Shown here: in pieces, positions 13,142 through 27,442 of the stretch
How the letters are laid out: each line of letters opens with the position of its first letter
How positions within the stretch are numbered: position 1 is the first letter of the stretch
From: Octopus sinensis
Lineage: Eukaryota
Direction: 5' to 3'
DNA: 64,000 nt
Assembly: GCF_006345805.1 (NCBI RefSeq)
Contig: NC_043001.1
Span: 93,434,001 to 93,498,000 of the forward strand
Made by a program: the position numbers and the translations under genes
Notes under the pieces: model-generated
Database searches by the model: none
Told to the model about the DNA's origin: nothing
What the model saw: only the letters and a program-made list of their open reading frames with translations

Positions 13142-15734
13142 GAAAGAGAAAAATGATTTAGTAAAAAACAGTAAGTGGGTGACAGGAAGAGATATTTTCA
13201 GCCGAGAGCAAAGATGGTGACGACATGGTGATGATGATGATGATGATGTTAAGCATGATGGTGATTATGATGATGATGACGATGATGATGATGATATCGA
13301 CGACGTTGTGAAGATAAATGAGTGGTGGAGGTGTGTGTGTGTGTAAGCAGAAGCAGTAAGATTTCTCACATAGAATATACAAAAGCTTATATATTTAATG
13401 TATGGGAGGGATATATTTTCCACAGGCTCTTACGAGTTAAGTGAAATGTTATGCTCCCAGCATTGTATACAAATCACCTCAATTTCAATACACATATCCG
13501 CTCACTTATACACAATCTATTCTCCTGCATATCCGATGGTGTATCGATCTACCTACCTGCCTGCTTATATACACATGCGCAATTTATACAACAATTATCG
13601 ATACAAAGCGCAAAATTATGTCGTTGCATCCTTACATTGGCTTGCTATTTCTAAATCGTTCTCACTCACACGCATACTCACACAGGTACCGACACACGCC
13701 GACACATCTATATCTATATCTACGTCTATATATATATATTTATATAATTATATATATATATCTTTATATATATATGTATGAATATATATATTATATATAA
13801 ATAAATATGTATGTATATATATATATTTATATATATATGTATGTATATATGTATGTATATATACATATATATATGCGTGTTTTTACACATATTTTTATAT
13901 ATGTATGTGTTTGTGTGTGCGTGCTTATGAGGAATGTGATATGAATGTGTTTGTATGAGTGTGTGAATGTTTGTATATACGTGCCCCACGTATACACTAG
14001 CTCTGTTTTCTTTCTTAGGCATCACTTTGTATTAAGCAAAACTCCAGTAGAAATCATTATGCTACGATGTTAGAAAAAAAATTATTATTTATATTTGTTG
14101 TAACAATTAAATTTTGAAATACTTAAAGCAAGTAACAATTTCTATCTCTTTTGAGTCGTTAATATAACAAGGCATTGTTGGGTTCTTTCAGATGATTTTT
14201 AACAGTTTTAATTTTCATTTTGTTTTATTGTTTAATCAGGGAGGAAACAGCTGCTGCCATGATTCTTTCTTATTTCAGGGCCTCCGAGATTGGTGCTTAA
14301 AAAGAGGAAGTTTTTCTAAAACTGTTTAATTGATGCACTGTCTCTAATTAGAGTGGATCTCATTAAAGTCTCCTCCAAACTAGGATTAAGCTAACAATTA
14401 AAGGTCTCTACTTAAAAACCAACACAAACACTTATAGATTGACAACGCCTTACAATCTTTGGAGAATAATGTAAGAAATGACTTAGTTATGAGAGAAGGC
14501 ATCATCGGCGATATTTGGTAAGCATAATACATGTGGAAAAGGGAAATAACCTAATTGTTTATTAATATGTAATAATTTAGTAGTACTAATTATTTATCTA
14601 ATTATTTAAATACCAGAAATCAGATTGTTTGCTAAACATGTTTACGATAGGAAGTCCGAAATTTAAGAGAATGGATGAACGACCAAATAACATACAGGAT
14701 AAACAACCGAGTACTACGATGTGTGTATTCCTTTATTCTTTTATCCCCTTATGCATTCCAGTCCCAAGGTTGTAGCCGAACATGGACACTGCCGTGTATA
14801 CTGATAGAGTTGGTGTACTACATTCTTGGCCAAACAATCTAACAGGTTTAATAAACAATGGTTATCTACAGTGCAGTTTAAAAACTGGCGTTTAGTTTAT
14901 TTAAATCAGACATGAGCAAACTTCTTCGTTAAGTGGGCCGCACTACAAAATTCAAAGTAATTTCCGTTTAGGTGTCCCATTCAGTAAGTCGCATGCTTTT
15001 AGTATTCCTGTGACTGATTTAAACTATCTGACTAAAATCCCCAAGCGCATAAAGAAAAGGTCTTTGTTGGGTTTCTTGCCTTGTATACAAAATGAATCTC
15101 TCTCGATGCAATATGCTTAAGAAGCCCTAAGAGCTGTGTGATTCATTTTTATGTTGTAATCAAAGTATCAAGAATAATTTTCAGAAATGTAAATATTCAT
15201 TTGATTTAGTTTATTTTTCTTTTAATGTTGTACTCTGTCGAAAGAATACATTTCGTTCGTACAATGCCAATGGCAACGGTAACATCTATGAATTTGTTAA
15301 GAGATTTTTCTAGTGAACCGAAATTTTATTAAAATTTTTTCAAACCATAGTTGAATATTAAAATTTTTACTACATATGGTGTGCATTTACTAACTAAATA
15401 TCACGAAATAAAGCTGACAGATATTAATTTGTATAAAAGAGCATCAGGTTAAAGCTTTATCAGAATAGGAAATACGAATTACAATAAAATACTCTGGGTA
15501 TTTTAGAAAATTCCTTTCAATGAAACTGTAAAACGTGTCTTTTTAAACATCAATATTCTTTGGAGTGCTTTGTGGATAGAAAATTAAAGATATAGGTACA
15601 TGAAATCCGGCTAATTATCTTGCATTGCCTTTTCTATATGAATTCAAACGTCATCAGTGATCTACCTGCGATTCTATGAATCAAGAGATCTCGCAGATCT
15701 GTTGGTAAATACCTCATGAATGTTCTTGCTGTTT

Positions 15735-15890
15735 CGCTCTAGATGATCTTAATCGATCAAAGGCGTTCCAGCCATTTTTATCGTGTTTACACAAAAACCG
15801 GAATCACATTATCCAAAATGTACTTTTGTAAGACGTATGAGTGTGATTTGAAAGATATTTGACAGCAGTTACGAGGTGATCGACTGATTA
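15735..15890 (-). repeat. Old dispersed repeat family (agaaatagcagc...ggctggaa...gacctagggcta type), diverged copy
   Basis: gatcaaaggcgttccagcc, cacattatccaa and gtgtgatttgaaagatatttgacagcag match, in reverse, the copy at 29027-29205; further decayed copies near 27590-27770, 30440-30590, 43610-43755. Confidence 0.5.
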
Positions 15891-16449
15891 AGTAGATGCG
15901 CTCTCGGTAGCTAGGAAACTCATAATTAAATTATGTAGATTCATAAAAATATCCATTACTGCTTTAGTAATTTACATTTTACATATTTAACAACAGACCA
16001 ACCTCACCATATGATACATAAAAATAAAGCAGCTTTGCATAATGGAAAATGCATTATCGTTTAAGTAATGGGCCTTTTAAACCACATAAACTTCCTAATT
16101 CAGTAAAAGAGACTTCATCATAATAAAAATATATGATTACCACAGTCCAAATAACAAACATAATGGCTTTTTGTTAACACACTTATAGGGGCACGTACAC
16201 ACATAAAAGCACACGTACACGCACACACTCACCTTCATTGACACACGTGCACAGGCATACTTCACCGAATCTATAACTAGAAAATTATAAACGGTAACAT
16301 ATACAGGGAGAATACGAGAACAGAATTTCTAGTTTGTTAAAGAAAGGTTCCAATCAGTTAGGTTTTGTTGTTTCTACAAAATCATAAGACCATGAGTTGG
16401 AGATTATACAATATAATTCCTTTGGAAAAAAATGACTGAAAGAAAGATG

Positions 16450-16451
<2 letters not shown>

Positions 16452-16514
<63 letters not shown>

Positions 16515-16541
16515 GAGAAAGAGAGAGAGAAGAAGAGAGAG
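16452..16541. repeat. (AG)n microsatellite
   Basis: Imperfect dinucleotide run. Confidence 0.95.
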
Positions 16542-17664
16542 ATGCACTATAGCGTTAGTCAATTTCCCAGCGTATTCCATATCTGAGTAATATGTGAAGA
16601 AATACTAAAGCTAATTCAAAATCGTATTCCTCACCTTTGCGTCTCCTTAAACGTTCCTTTTAACATGTTCTTTCTCCTGATATTAGCGTTTCTCTTGCTG
16701 CGCTATAATTTTCCTTCGGTTATTTGCTTCTTCCGCGCGATTAAACCTTGATTTAACGTAAAGTCAGCTGGAAAGGATTGCTGTGATCAGATCACAAAAC
16801 AAACACTGTCAGCTGTTTTTTTTTTCATTGAATACAAATGACTTTAAGTGAGATTATCATCAATGAAATGCTGTTCTTTCTTAGGACATGGCGTAGATAG
16901 GGTTAACTAATGAAAGGCGGAAAAGGATAAAGATCATTTACAAACAGCAGGCAAACATAACTACAAGGATTATGTTAAAATTCTGCAAAAAAAAAAAAAA
17001 GAAACAACGTTATGTAGAGACGTTTTCCGTTGTTTACACTGCTTCAAGTATTTCAATGAACTAAAGAAATGAAAAAATAAGAGCATTGATTGTATGAAGT
17101 AAAGCAGAACCTTTTTAAGTAATATGAAGACCAGAGGTGTTTGATTAAAATATTAAATGTTTCTGATATTTGAATACAACCGCAAAACGACATTTTATAT
17201 CTCTTCATTTTGAATGTAGTACTCGAGGTTGAATGAGAGCGCGATGAGTGAAAATGCCTTTAAGAACAAATATGCATCAGAAAATAACATATAAGTACAA
17301 AGATGCATATATAGACGTATATACAAATGTATGATACGCTTACTAACACATGTTTAGAATTAAACACTTGCATATATATTTGTCTGTGTTGTAGTTTGTG
17401 AATTTTGCTGGATAAAGACAAGATTGAAGGACCTATTCTAAGTTTGATATTAAGCTATTGACATTTTGAAAAGACTTGTATGTTTGGTTTCAATAAAGAA
17501 CGTGTTGACAGGAATAAAAAGTGAGAGAATAAAGGGATTTATAGGACTATATCTATCCTGTAGTTTATTACTTTGGAGCAAATGATCACGAGAAAAAAGT
17601 ATAAAATTATCGCTCTATTTCAAGTTCAAAGATAACAAGATTATATATACATACGAATGCGTGC

Positions 17665-17713
<49 letters not shown>

Positions 17714-17789
17714 ATATATACATAGTCTTCATATGTATGTATATACATTTATACATATCTGCTTATATATATATATATATATATAATTA

Positions 17790-17972
17790 ATCCAAACAAG
17801 AAAGTACAAAAAAACACAACAACGCGAGGACGTGAAGCAAATATAGTATTATTGGACGCTCAGGAAAGAAGGAAAGAAGGAGGGTTTAACGTTTCGAGCG
17901 GAGCTCTTCGTCGGAAGCATAGGAGAAGGGAAGACAGAGGAAAAAAATCGCCAACGGTACACACGCGGTCAC
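17790..17972 (-). mobile_element. Short Penelope pLTR-like cassette carrying a hammerhead motif
   Basis: Unique ~180 bp between TA-rich tracts; contains the motif at 17884-17918; sequence 3' of the motif resembles that 3' of the motif at 21771-21806. Confidence 0.6.
17884..17918 (-). ncRNA. Minimal type I hammerhead motif, CCGACGA (U4C) core
   Basis: Minus strand reads gctt CCGACGA A GAGC tcc GCTC GAAAC GTT aaac; stem I has one mismatch; helix III is the ACGU palindrome. Confidence 0.65.
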
Positions 17973-18023
17973 ATACATGTATGCTTATATATATATGTAT
18001 ATATGTATATATATATATGTATG

Positions 18024-18055
<32 letters not shown>

Positions 18056-18081
18056 TGTATGTATGTATGTGTGTGTGTATA

Positions 18082-18274
18082 TGTTTGTCCTCCCAACATC
18101 GCTTGACAACCGATGCTGGTGTGTTTACGTCCCTGCAACAATAGCGGTTCGGCAAAAGATAGTATAAGTGCTAGGCTTACAAAGAATAAACTCTGTGGTC
18201 GATTTGCTGGACTAAAGGCGGTGCTCCAGCATGGCCGCAGTCAAATGAATGAAACAAATAAAGGAATAAAAGAA
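18082..18274 (+). mobile_element. SINE family A, 3' half
   Basis: catcgcttgacaaccgatgctggtgtgtttacgtccc...aaggcggtgctccagcatggccgcagtcaaatgaatgaaacaaataaag, preceded by (TATG)n. Confidence 0.88.
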
Positions 18275-19152
18275 TATTTATTTATATACTCACATATGTA
18301 CGCGTGTAGATATATAAACACATGTATTTATTGACTTACGCCAATACAGACAACGTGCCCGCATATATTTGCATTTGTTCATCTCTGTCGTGTCTGATGT
18401 TGGGGCGTCGCAGATAGATAGATTGATATTTATCAGAATATTTCAAAAACATTATCCCAAGTTCCAGTTACCTGCCGTCAGCATACGTGACAATGATATA
18501 GTAAAATATGAATAAGTTAAAGACAGTGAGCAAATAAATCCATATCACGTACAAATGTAAACGCGAATTCCTTGTGGAATTTAACCATTTCTCTATTAAA
18601 TGGTCCATTTTCTTCTTTCAGTGTCACTACATAACTTATTTCTGTTGGACGGTCGACCGGTACTAATGATTATTTGGAACTGATATAGCTTCGAAAAATA
18701 CTAGTATAATAATTGATTGTTTATGCATAAATATATACATGCACACCCATCTAGACTCAATATACCAGCATAAACTAAGTACAAATAGAACCGAAAAGAT
18801 ATACACATTTATAGATGTAAATTATAAAAGACAATAAGCAAGTTTTTCAAACAAAAATAAACAAAGAGAAGGGATGATAAACATTCTAACTTCAAAAGTA
18901 TTCAATATGGCTACCGATATTTGAACTAAAGGAAGCTACAGATATCTCTAAATTTAGCAGTTCGGTGTTTCGATGGAAGTATCGTAGAAAAAAAAAAAAT
19001 TAAACCATTTCTGTTCTTTCGATTTTCTTTGTTAAGTTTTCTGTGATAGATACCTAGATACATAGATGCATGCATACATGTGTATTACTAATAACAATGT
19101 TGGCGTATGTAGGTAAGTGTAAATATGTATATATATATATATTATATATATA

Positions 19153-19193
<41 letters not shown>

Positions 19194-19200
19194 TTACTTA

Positions 19201-19251
<51 letters not shown>

Positions 19252-19347
19252 TGTGTGTGTGTTGTTGTGTATATGAATGTATGTATAGATACATATAGAT
19301 ATATATGCATATATAGTTATATATATATAGATGCACAGACACACACG

Positions 19348-19387
<40 letters not shown>

Positions 19388-19979
19388 AGTATGTATATGC
19401 TTATACTCATACATCCGTATAATAATACGTGTGTATAGGTATTCTGAAACAAAAAATAACAAACTATATATCTAAAATGCCTAAGGTCGAATATATATCA
19501 GAATGTCAAGCAATGGAAATTGAAAATAAAAATATAAAGTATGGATATATCAGTAAAAGTATGGATATTAAAAGTCACTTATGAAGAACGTATAATTTTG
19601 GATAACTCTGTCCCTCTCTTTATCACTTTGTTCAATTCTCCTTATTACCACCACAGCACAAACTAGGAATTTTAAAACACCGTTTCCCACTTAATAACAA
19701 ATTAGATAATTGGTGTTAAGTAGTGCAGAAAGTAAGATGATATTTGTTCTGGAATTTTTTGCTTGCTGAATGTTTCGGAAAACGATGTTATTTCAGACAT
19801 TAGTTGACTATCAGCGGAATTGACACCAATGAAACACTTATAATTGTAAGTATGAATTTTACTTTGCTTAATAAATCGATTCTCATCAATTACATTCTGA
19901 AACAGTTTCCTTAGAGGGTAGTGGGCGAAATGTGGCAAAAAAATAAATCACGGCGGAGGGAAGCATTTTACAGAACCAC

Positions 19980-20410
19980 ACGCACACATACACACACATA
20001 TATACACACACCAATCCCACACATACACAGAAAAATACACTCATGTACACAGACATATACAACCAACCACACACACATACACCCTTACACAGATACACAG
20101 ACATCCTCCGCCCCCACACACATATACAGACATACACACACACTTACACACATACACACGCATACTCACATACACGCATATACATACACATACACACATA
20201 CACACATACAGATACATACACCCATCATACATACATAAACACACACATACAGACACATACACTCCAACATATACACACATACACACACAGACACATACAT
20301 ACACACATACACTCCCACATAGACACATATACATACACACATACACATACCTACACACATACAGACCCATACACTCACACATACGCACACATACACACAT
20401 ACACAAACAT
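19980..20410. repeat. Degenerate (CA)/(CATA)-rich low-complexity tract
   Basis: ~430 bp of imperfect CA repeats; source of the HT/CV pseudo-ORFs. Confidence 0.9.
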
Positions 20411-20807
20411 ATATACTCTTAATAACAGTTAGGTTCAGCTCCATATGATTTACAGTTTCATAGATGCATGCGACTGACCCATGTAATCAGATATGAGACG
20501 CGTAAGGGATCTAAGATAAATTCAAGATGGCGTCTAGATGAAAGGCCTACGTTGGTCAAATCAGGTCGTATTGTGCTAAGTCTGTCGTAGGGACACCTAA
20601 TGAAATGGAAAACAGCTGTTGTCGCTTCCACAGAATTAGCATGAACGGGACGAGAAGGAAGCATCCATTTCTCCACAGAAGGTGGTTTCAGTCAAGGTAT
20701 TTCTGGATGCTAGATCCAGCACAATTCCCCTGCGTCCATTTGCCCATCATTTATATATGATACACAGAATTTATAACAAAAAGGATATTAGTGAATTATC
20801 CACAATA

Positions 20808-20974
20808 GGCGCAGGAGTGGCTGTGTGGTAAGTAGCTTGCTAACCAACCACATGGTTCCGGGTTCAGTCCCACTGCGTGGCATCTTGGGCAATTGTCTTC
20901 TGCTATAGCCCCGGGCTGACCAATGCCTTGTGAGTGGATTTGGTAGACGGAAACTGAAAGAAGCCTGTCGTATA

Positions 20975-21014
<40 letters not shown>

Positions 21015-21203
21015 GTGTGTGTGTGTGTGTACGTTTGTGTGTGTGTGTATGTTCCCCTAGCATTGCTTGACAACCGATGCTGCTGTGTTTACGTCCCCGT
21101 CACTTAGCGGTTCGGCAAAAGAGACCGATAGAATAAGTACTGGGCTTACAAAGAATAAACCCCGGGGTCGATTTACTGAAACAAGTAAAAGAGTAAAAGA
21201 GTA
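20808..21203 (+). mobile_element. SINE family A, young copy with small deletion in the tail
   Basis: Same head, CORE-like part and 3' module as 897-1300, including shared diagnostic bases; lacks the ggcggtgctccagcatggccgcag segment; ends (gtaaaaga)n. Confidence 0.9.
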
Positions 21204-21393
21204 ATATGCTTTAAAGCAATATAGGGTAATATTTTCAACAATGATTATCAGTAGTTCATTGTTTTTTGTACTAATATATGGATATTTTCTTACATATAGG
21301 AATACTTACACGCAGATACACTTAGACATAATAACACGCACACCCACACGACACATATATATGTATGTGTAAATATATATTTATATGCAGAAA

Positions 21394-21436
<43 letters not shown>

Positions 21437-21704
21437 GTTTGGTTTTTTTCTATGTACGTATTACATTCAAAATTCCATTAAAAATAAACGAACGCTGTTA
21501 TACTGGATTTTAATTTAGTCTGAGATATTGATTCCCTGTTTAGATTGTCTATATTGTATAGGGAATTACCGTGTCTGTTTGCAGAAAGGGTTTCAAAATA
21601 TCCATTAAACATGGAAGGAGAAAGGACATAACGTGCACCCATTACAAGCACAAACATATGTGGGTGTGTGTATACGTATGCATATAAATGTATGTATATA
21701 TATA

Positions 21705-21894
21705 TTCGCCATGATAGATTGCTAGCTACTGCACATCCTTTATTTTCTCTCCTAGTTTGTTTCTGTGTTCCTTTCTGTGGAAGACCGTAGGCTCGAAACG
21801 TTAAATACTTTTCCCCTTCCCAAGCGTTAAACAAATACATCGGTATATTGCCTACACCACCTGTGTTCTCTTCTTTTTTTTGTGAATTCTCCCG

Positions 21895-21895
<1 letters not shown>
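21705..21895 (+). mobile_element. Short Penelope pLTR-like cassette with decayed hammerhead (21771-21806)
   Basis: cttt CTGTGGA A GACC gtag GCTC GAAAC GTT aaat; A6 mutated and stem II mismatched; between TA-rich tracts. Confidence 0.5.
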
Positions 21896-21925
<30 letters not shown>

Positions 21926-22005
21926 CTCTGTGTGTGAGGAATGGTTTCTTGTGTGCATGCGTATGCATATATCCATTAAATCTCTCCCCTCTCTCTCTGT
22001 AAATG

Positions 22006-22078
<73 letters not shown>

Positions 22079-22286
22079 ATCATACAAGATATATATGTAT
22101 ATATGTGTTTCTACATATGTAAGTATACTTGGCACAGAGATTTGGGGAAACTAACAAATATAGTGAAAACTTCACTCTAATACACTCGCATAATTACGCA
22201 TATCATATTGATACATACATTCACTTATCTGCAAAGGAAACTTTACAAATATACATAAATACAGTTCTATATTTAAGAGATGAGGA

Positions 22287-22570
22287 ATTATGTACATTAT
22301 ATACATTTGCCGGGTATTTGTCCTCATCTTGTTTGTTGTTAACACACGAGCATATCGGCGGGCTACTAAACCCAAGATTCCTTGTTCGATTCCAGGGAGT
22401 AATAATAATAATAATGTTAATTTCGACAAAGACCTTAGGCATGAGAACCCAGGTTCGAAATTTCCTCAGGACACCCGACGAAGGCTGGATGATATATCAG
22501 CCGAAACGTTGTGTTAACAACAAACAAGATGAGGAAAAATATCCATCAAAAGTAAATAATGTGCATAAAT
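22287..22570 (+). mobile_element. Penelope-like cassette with ~60-bp terminal inverted segments and an internal hammerhead
   Basis: attatgtacattat...tcctcatcttgtttgttgttaacac (22287-22346) is inverted relative to gtgttaacaacaaacaagatgagga...ataatgtgcataa (22511-22568). Confidence 0.7.
22470..22515 (+). ncRNA. Minimal type I hammerhead motif, CCGACGA (U4C) core
   Basis: gacac CCGACGA A GGCTGG..TCAGCC GAAAC GTT gtgtt: 5-bp stem I, 6-bp stem II, ACGU palindromic helix III, predicted cleavage after 22510. Confidence 0.75.
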
Positions 22571-22661
22571 ATATTCACTTTATAAATATACATAACTATA
22601 TTCGCACAGACGCATACATGCAAACGTGTGTCTATACATACATACATACATACATACATAC

Positions 22662-22721
<60 letters not shown>

Positions 22722-23274
22722 ATATATAGGTGGGATACAATGAGATGATTATTTTTGATATGATCGCAGAAACGCGGGTTGGACAATAGCAATATTGGGT
22801 AAATTACTCTTACAAAGCGAAAAATTTATAAATAATCAGCCATGGGATTCGAACACGCATATATACACGTATATGTGTGTATGTATGCGTGAGTACTTGT
22901 ATCCTTCTTTTCATCCTCTATTCATGTTTTTCTGACGATGGACTAATGGGGCAACGTCAATTAACCCTTTCCTCTAAATAGCTAGACTAATAAAACCTTT
23001 GTGTAATTTGTCTTCTATCTTTCTCATTCGTTATCTCTCTCCCCTCCCCTCTTTCTCTGTTTCTGTCTGTATATATATATATATTATGATATATAATATT
23101 ATATATATATATATATATATAATTATATATATGCATACATGCGTATGTACGTCTGTTTGTGTCTGTCTGCCTAATTCTATCTATCTATCTATCTAGCTAT
23201 CTATCTATCTGTCAGTCTGTCTGTCTGTTTCTGTCTGTCTGTCTATCGTATCTATCTATCTATCTATCTATCTC

Positions 23275-23348
<74 letters not shown>

Positions 23349-23441
23349 TTTCTCTGTATGTCTGTCTCTTTCTGTCTCTCTCTGTCTTCTCCCTCTCCTC
23401 TCTCCCCCCTCTCTCTCTCTCTCGATCTATCATATATATAT

Positions 23442-23486
<45 letters not shown>

Positions 23487-24285
23487 CGTATTATACATAA
23501 ACTTACTATTTCATAACTAGGGCTAAATATTTTATCTATTAATCCGCCTTGATTAATGTACAGACTCACAGTTACATAAACGTATATAAACATATACAAG
23601 CGTGCAATTCTGAGTTCATGACATTCACGAAACGTGTATTCCTTACGATATGAAAGTACATACACCATACTGTACGTTTTCTACCGAAAGGTCGATAAAT
23701 TAAGTACCATACACATCTACTTTGTGTACTTGATATGACTGAATAAACCGATGGTGAGAGAACATCACAATAGTCGCAGTCAAATCACCTAAACCATTAA
23801 GAGATTAGTGGACTAAAATTATTCTCTTTTGTGCTGTATATCTTCCACACGCTCTCTCTTTTCATGTACACACACACGCATATATGTATGTAGTTGATAC
23901 ACACGAATAATATGGATATATGCCCGGTTCCCTCTTCTGATGCCAGTTTTTACAAAGGAGATAATAATAATTATATACCTACATGCACACATACGTGCAC
24001 ACAAACGTACGTGCATATATGCATATGTATCTATAATATTCATGATATATATATATATATATATATATAACATGAATATTATAGATACATATGTATGTAT
24101 ATACGTATTTATATATGTTTATCTATATATTTATACATATATATGTATATACATACACATGCAAAGACACACTCACACACACACATATATATACATGTGC
24201 GTGTGTGAACGTGTGTGGGTGTGTGTATGTAATGCATATTAATAAATATTTATGCATAACTCTCTCTATCACGCATTCTCTCTTC

Positions 24286-24318
<33 letters not shown>

Positions 24319-25033
24319 TATATATATATATATGTATAAGAAACGATGATAGATGGAGAGAGAAAGGAGGGGGAGAAGAAGGAATGAGAGAGAGTAATAG
24401 AGTAAGAAGAGAGTGAATGAGATAAAGAATTTAAAAATACCAAGAAGGCATGAACATGTAAAAGTTTAGATCCGTTTGCTGATCTAAAGATGAAACTTTT
24501 CCAAAATTTCCACTCTAGGCTAATGTACGGAATCAAGGTAAAGAAAGTATATATAAAAACGTCTATATTCGTCAAAAGTCTCTAAATATAGAACGTATCT
24601 ATTATATTAAATCTTTGACCTTTTGCTTATACAAGACACTTTCAGTCAGTCACGCAGTTTTCTTCCTTTCTTGTTCATTCCTTTCTGTTCTACTTTATCG
24701 TGCTCTGTTTTGCTCTAGTTGACTATCTCTGTCGATCAGTCTGTTTCTCTCTTCACCTGTCTGTCTGTCTGCCTGTGTCTCATTCACGCATAATCCCACT
24801 AGCATGGTGCTGTATATGTATATGTGTATGAATCCCGCTATATAATTTGTGCGTAAGTACATGAATGCATACGTAACGTATACATTAAATATATAAATAC
24901 ACAGATATAAAGATGCGTACATATACACAGAGACATACATATATACACACATACATATATACATATATACATATACAGAAGTAAATGTAGGACGAAGCAA
25001 GTTAGACAGATCAATATATAAAGTATATTCAAT

Positions 25034-25211
25034 ACTCTTTTACTCTTTACTCTTATTTGTTCCAGTCATGTGACTGTGCCCATGCTGGAGCACCACCTTT
25101 TGGTCGAGAAAATCAACCCCAGGCCTTATTCTTTGTAAGCCTTATACTTTTGCCGAACCGCTAAGTTACGGGGACGTAAACACTCCAGCATCAGTTGTCA
25201 AGCGATATTGT

Positions 25212-25215
<4 letters not shown>
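25034..25215 (-). mobile_element. SINE family A, 3' half
   Basis: cagtcatgtgactgtgcccatgctggagcaccacc...gccgaaccgctaagttacggggacgtaaacactccagcatcagttgtcaagcg followed by (CA)n. Confidence 0.85.
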
Positions 25216-25254
<39 letters not shown>

Positions 25255-25284
25255 CACACACACACTCACACACACACACACACG

Positions 25285-25322
<38 letters not shown>

Positions 25323-25429
25323 ACATATATACGCCTTACAATTGTGGAAATGATTTAAGGCGAAGCGATTGTCGCTTCGGCGTCGAAACACTTTTACAAT
25401 TGTAAGACATGTACCCCTTTTTTTTGTAG

Positions 25430-25592
25430 AGTCGTTTACAAGGATCCCAGTGCTCACCCGTCACTTGTTTTATCAACTCCGGAAGGGATTAAAAGCAAAA
25501 TAGACCACGGTGGGATTTGCATTCAGAATGTAAAGAGCCGGAATACATGTCACAAAGCATTTTATCCGGCATGTTGGCTATTCTACTAGCTC
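25430..25592 (-). mobile_element. SINE family B, old decayed copy
   Basis: ttatcaactccggaagggattaaaagcaaaatagaccacggtgggatttgcattcagaatgt matches the family B reverse complement. Confidence 0.6.
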
Positions 25593-25727
25593 GATGTTTT
25601 CTATAAGTCATATATGTATATAATAGTTTATACACTATTTCTTGACTACTGTTCTTTTATTTGTCTAGTTTTGTTGGTTGTAATTTATGAAATTCTTCCT
25701 TATACATAGGCGGGAATATATACACCT

Positions 25728-25774
<47 letters not shown>

Positions 25775-25998
25775 AAGCGTGTGTATAGCGAGGCTGTGTT
25801 TTCCAGAATGGAAGCGAACAACTTTCTCCATGTGATTAGCTTGAAAAGATTGCTCAGAGACAAAGATATTTCCTACATTTCTTAACATAAAAAACAATGG
25901 TAACCGTAATTCACAAATAAATAAATTATATCCTCCAATGCGGTGTTGTGCACTCATTTTCATCGTTCGACGTTTACGTATATATATATATATATACA

Positions 25999-26205
25999 TT
26001 CTTTACTCTTTTACTCGTTTCAGTCATTTGACTGCGGCCATGCTGGAGCACCGCCTTTACTCGAGCAAATCGACCTCAGGACTTATTCTTTGTAAGCCTA
26101 GTACTTATTCTATCTTACTCTATTCTAACTTTGCCGAACCGCTAAATTACAAGGACTGAAACACACCAGCATCTGTCGTCAAGCGATGTTGTGGGGACAA
26201 ATACA

Positions 26206-26246
<41 letters not shown>

Positions 26247-26425
26247 CATATATATATATATATATACAAATACATATATACGACGGGCTTCTTTCAGTTT
26301 CCGTCTACCAAATCCACTCACAAGGCTTTGGTCGGCTCGAGGCTAGAGTAGAAGACATTTGCCCAAGGTGCCACGTAGTAGGACTGAGCCCGTAACCATA
26401 TGGTTAGTAATCAAGCTACTTACCA
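25999..26425 (-). mobile_element. SINE family A, near full length
   Basis: Tail, 3' module, (CA)n(TA)n linker, cgacgggcttctttcagtttccgtctaccaaatccactcacaagg, head to caagctacttacca. Confidence 0.9.
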
Positions 26426-26806
26426 ATGTGCATGTTTGTGTATGTATACATATATAAACATATGTATGTATATATATGTGTGTGTGTGTGTGTGTGCATA
26501 TCTGTGTATGTATATAGGTATTTCACGGAAGAGAGTCTGTATTTTTGTAATTAAAAAACTAGTGTGTACCTTTTTCATAGTTCTTAATCGACGTTTTTAT
26601 TCATATTTTCGTTTCATGATTTCCTTACACGTTGATTGAGGATTTAGTATGAGCTCTTACATGGACATGTCTCCGGACCTTTGAGATTCCAAATATTTTT
26701 AGAAATCAAAAATGTAGACGATGACTTTCTACTCAGAATATTAATGAGTTTCTAAAAAATTCTCGCGCAGGTACGTGTGCGCGCTCGCATGGAATCTAGC
26801 AAACAC

Positions 26807-26863
<57 letters not shown>

Positions 26864-26963
26864 ACACACTCTCTCACACACACACATACACGCACGCACA
26901 CACACATTCCATGAATATTTATGTACGTTTATTCTAAGACACGTTCATCTATCTATTTACCTT

Positions 26964-27041
<78 letters not shown>

Positions 27042-27054
27042 ATCTATCTCTCTT

Positions 27055-27109
<55 letters not shown>

Positions 27110-27399
27110 TATATAATATATGTATATGTATGTCTATATATCTACATAAGTGTATATATGTACATACTACACACACATGCACTCATATTTACACACATAC
27201 ATAAACACAAACACAGACACTGAGACACACACATGTATGTGTTTATTGTTTGTGTCCATGCAGAAAATCAATTGGGATATGTAAAGATAAATTTTCCCTT
27301 TCACCATCACGTTTGGAAACTTTCAATGAATATGAAACCCTGTTTTCTGAGAATAAAAGGAAACAACGCAAAAAAGCGCAACAACTTTGCAGTATGCAG

Positions 27400-27442
<43 letters not shown>

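Noticed and set aside
14905-15017. cagacatgagcaaactt...gggccgca resembling a hAT-type 5' terminus
   Set aside because: No convincing matching TIR or 8-bp TSD.
16636-16768. Possible minus-strand exon (ttccag acceptor, AG|gtgagg donor)
   Set aside because: Stops in all three frames and no partner exons; a UTR or lncRNA exon cannot be supported without RNA data.
22932-22986. CTGACGA...TAAATAGCTA possible hammerhead relic
   Set aside because: GAAA is absent and the stems are weak.
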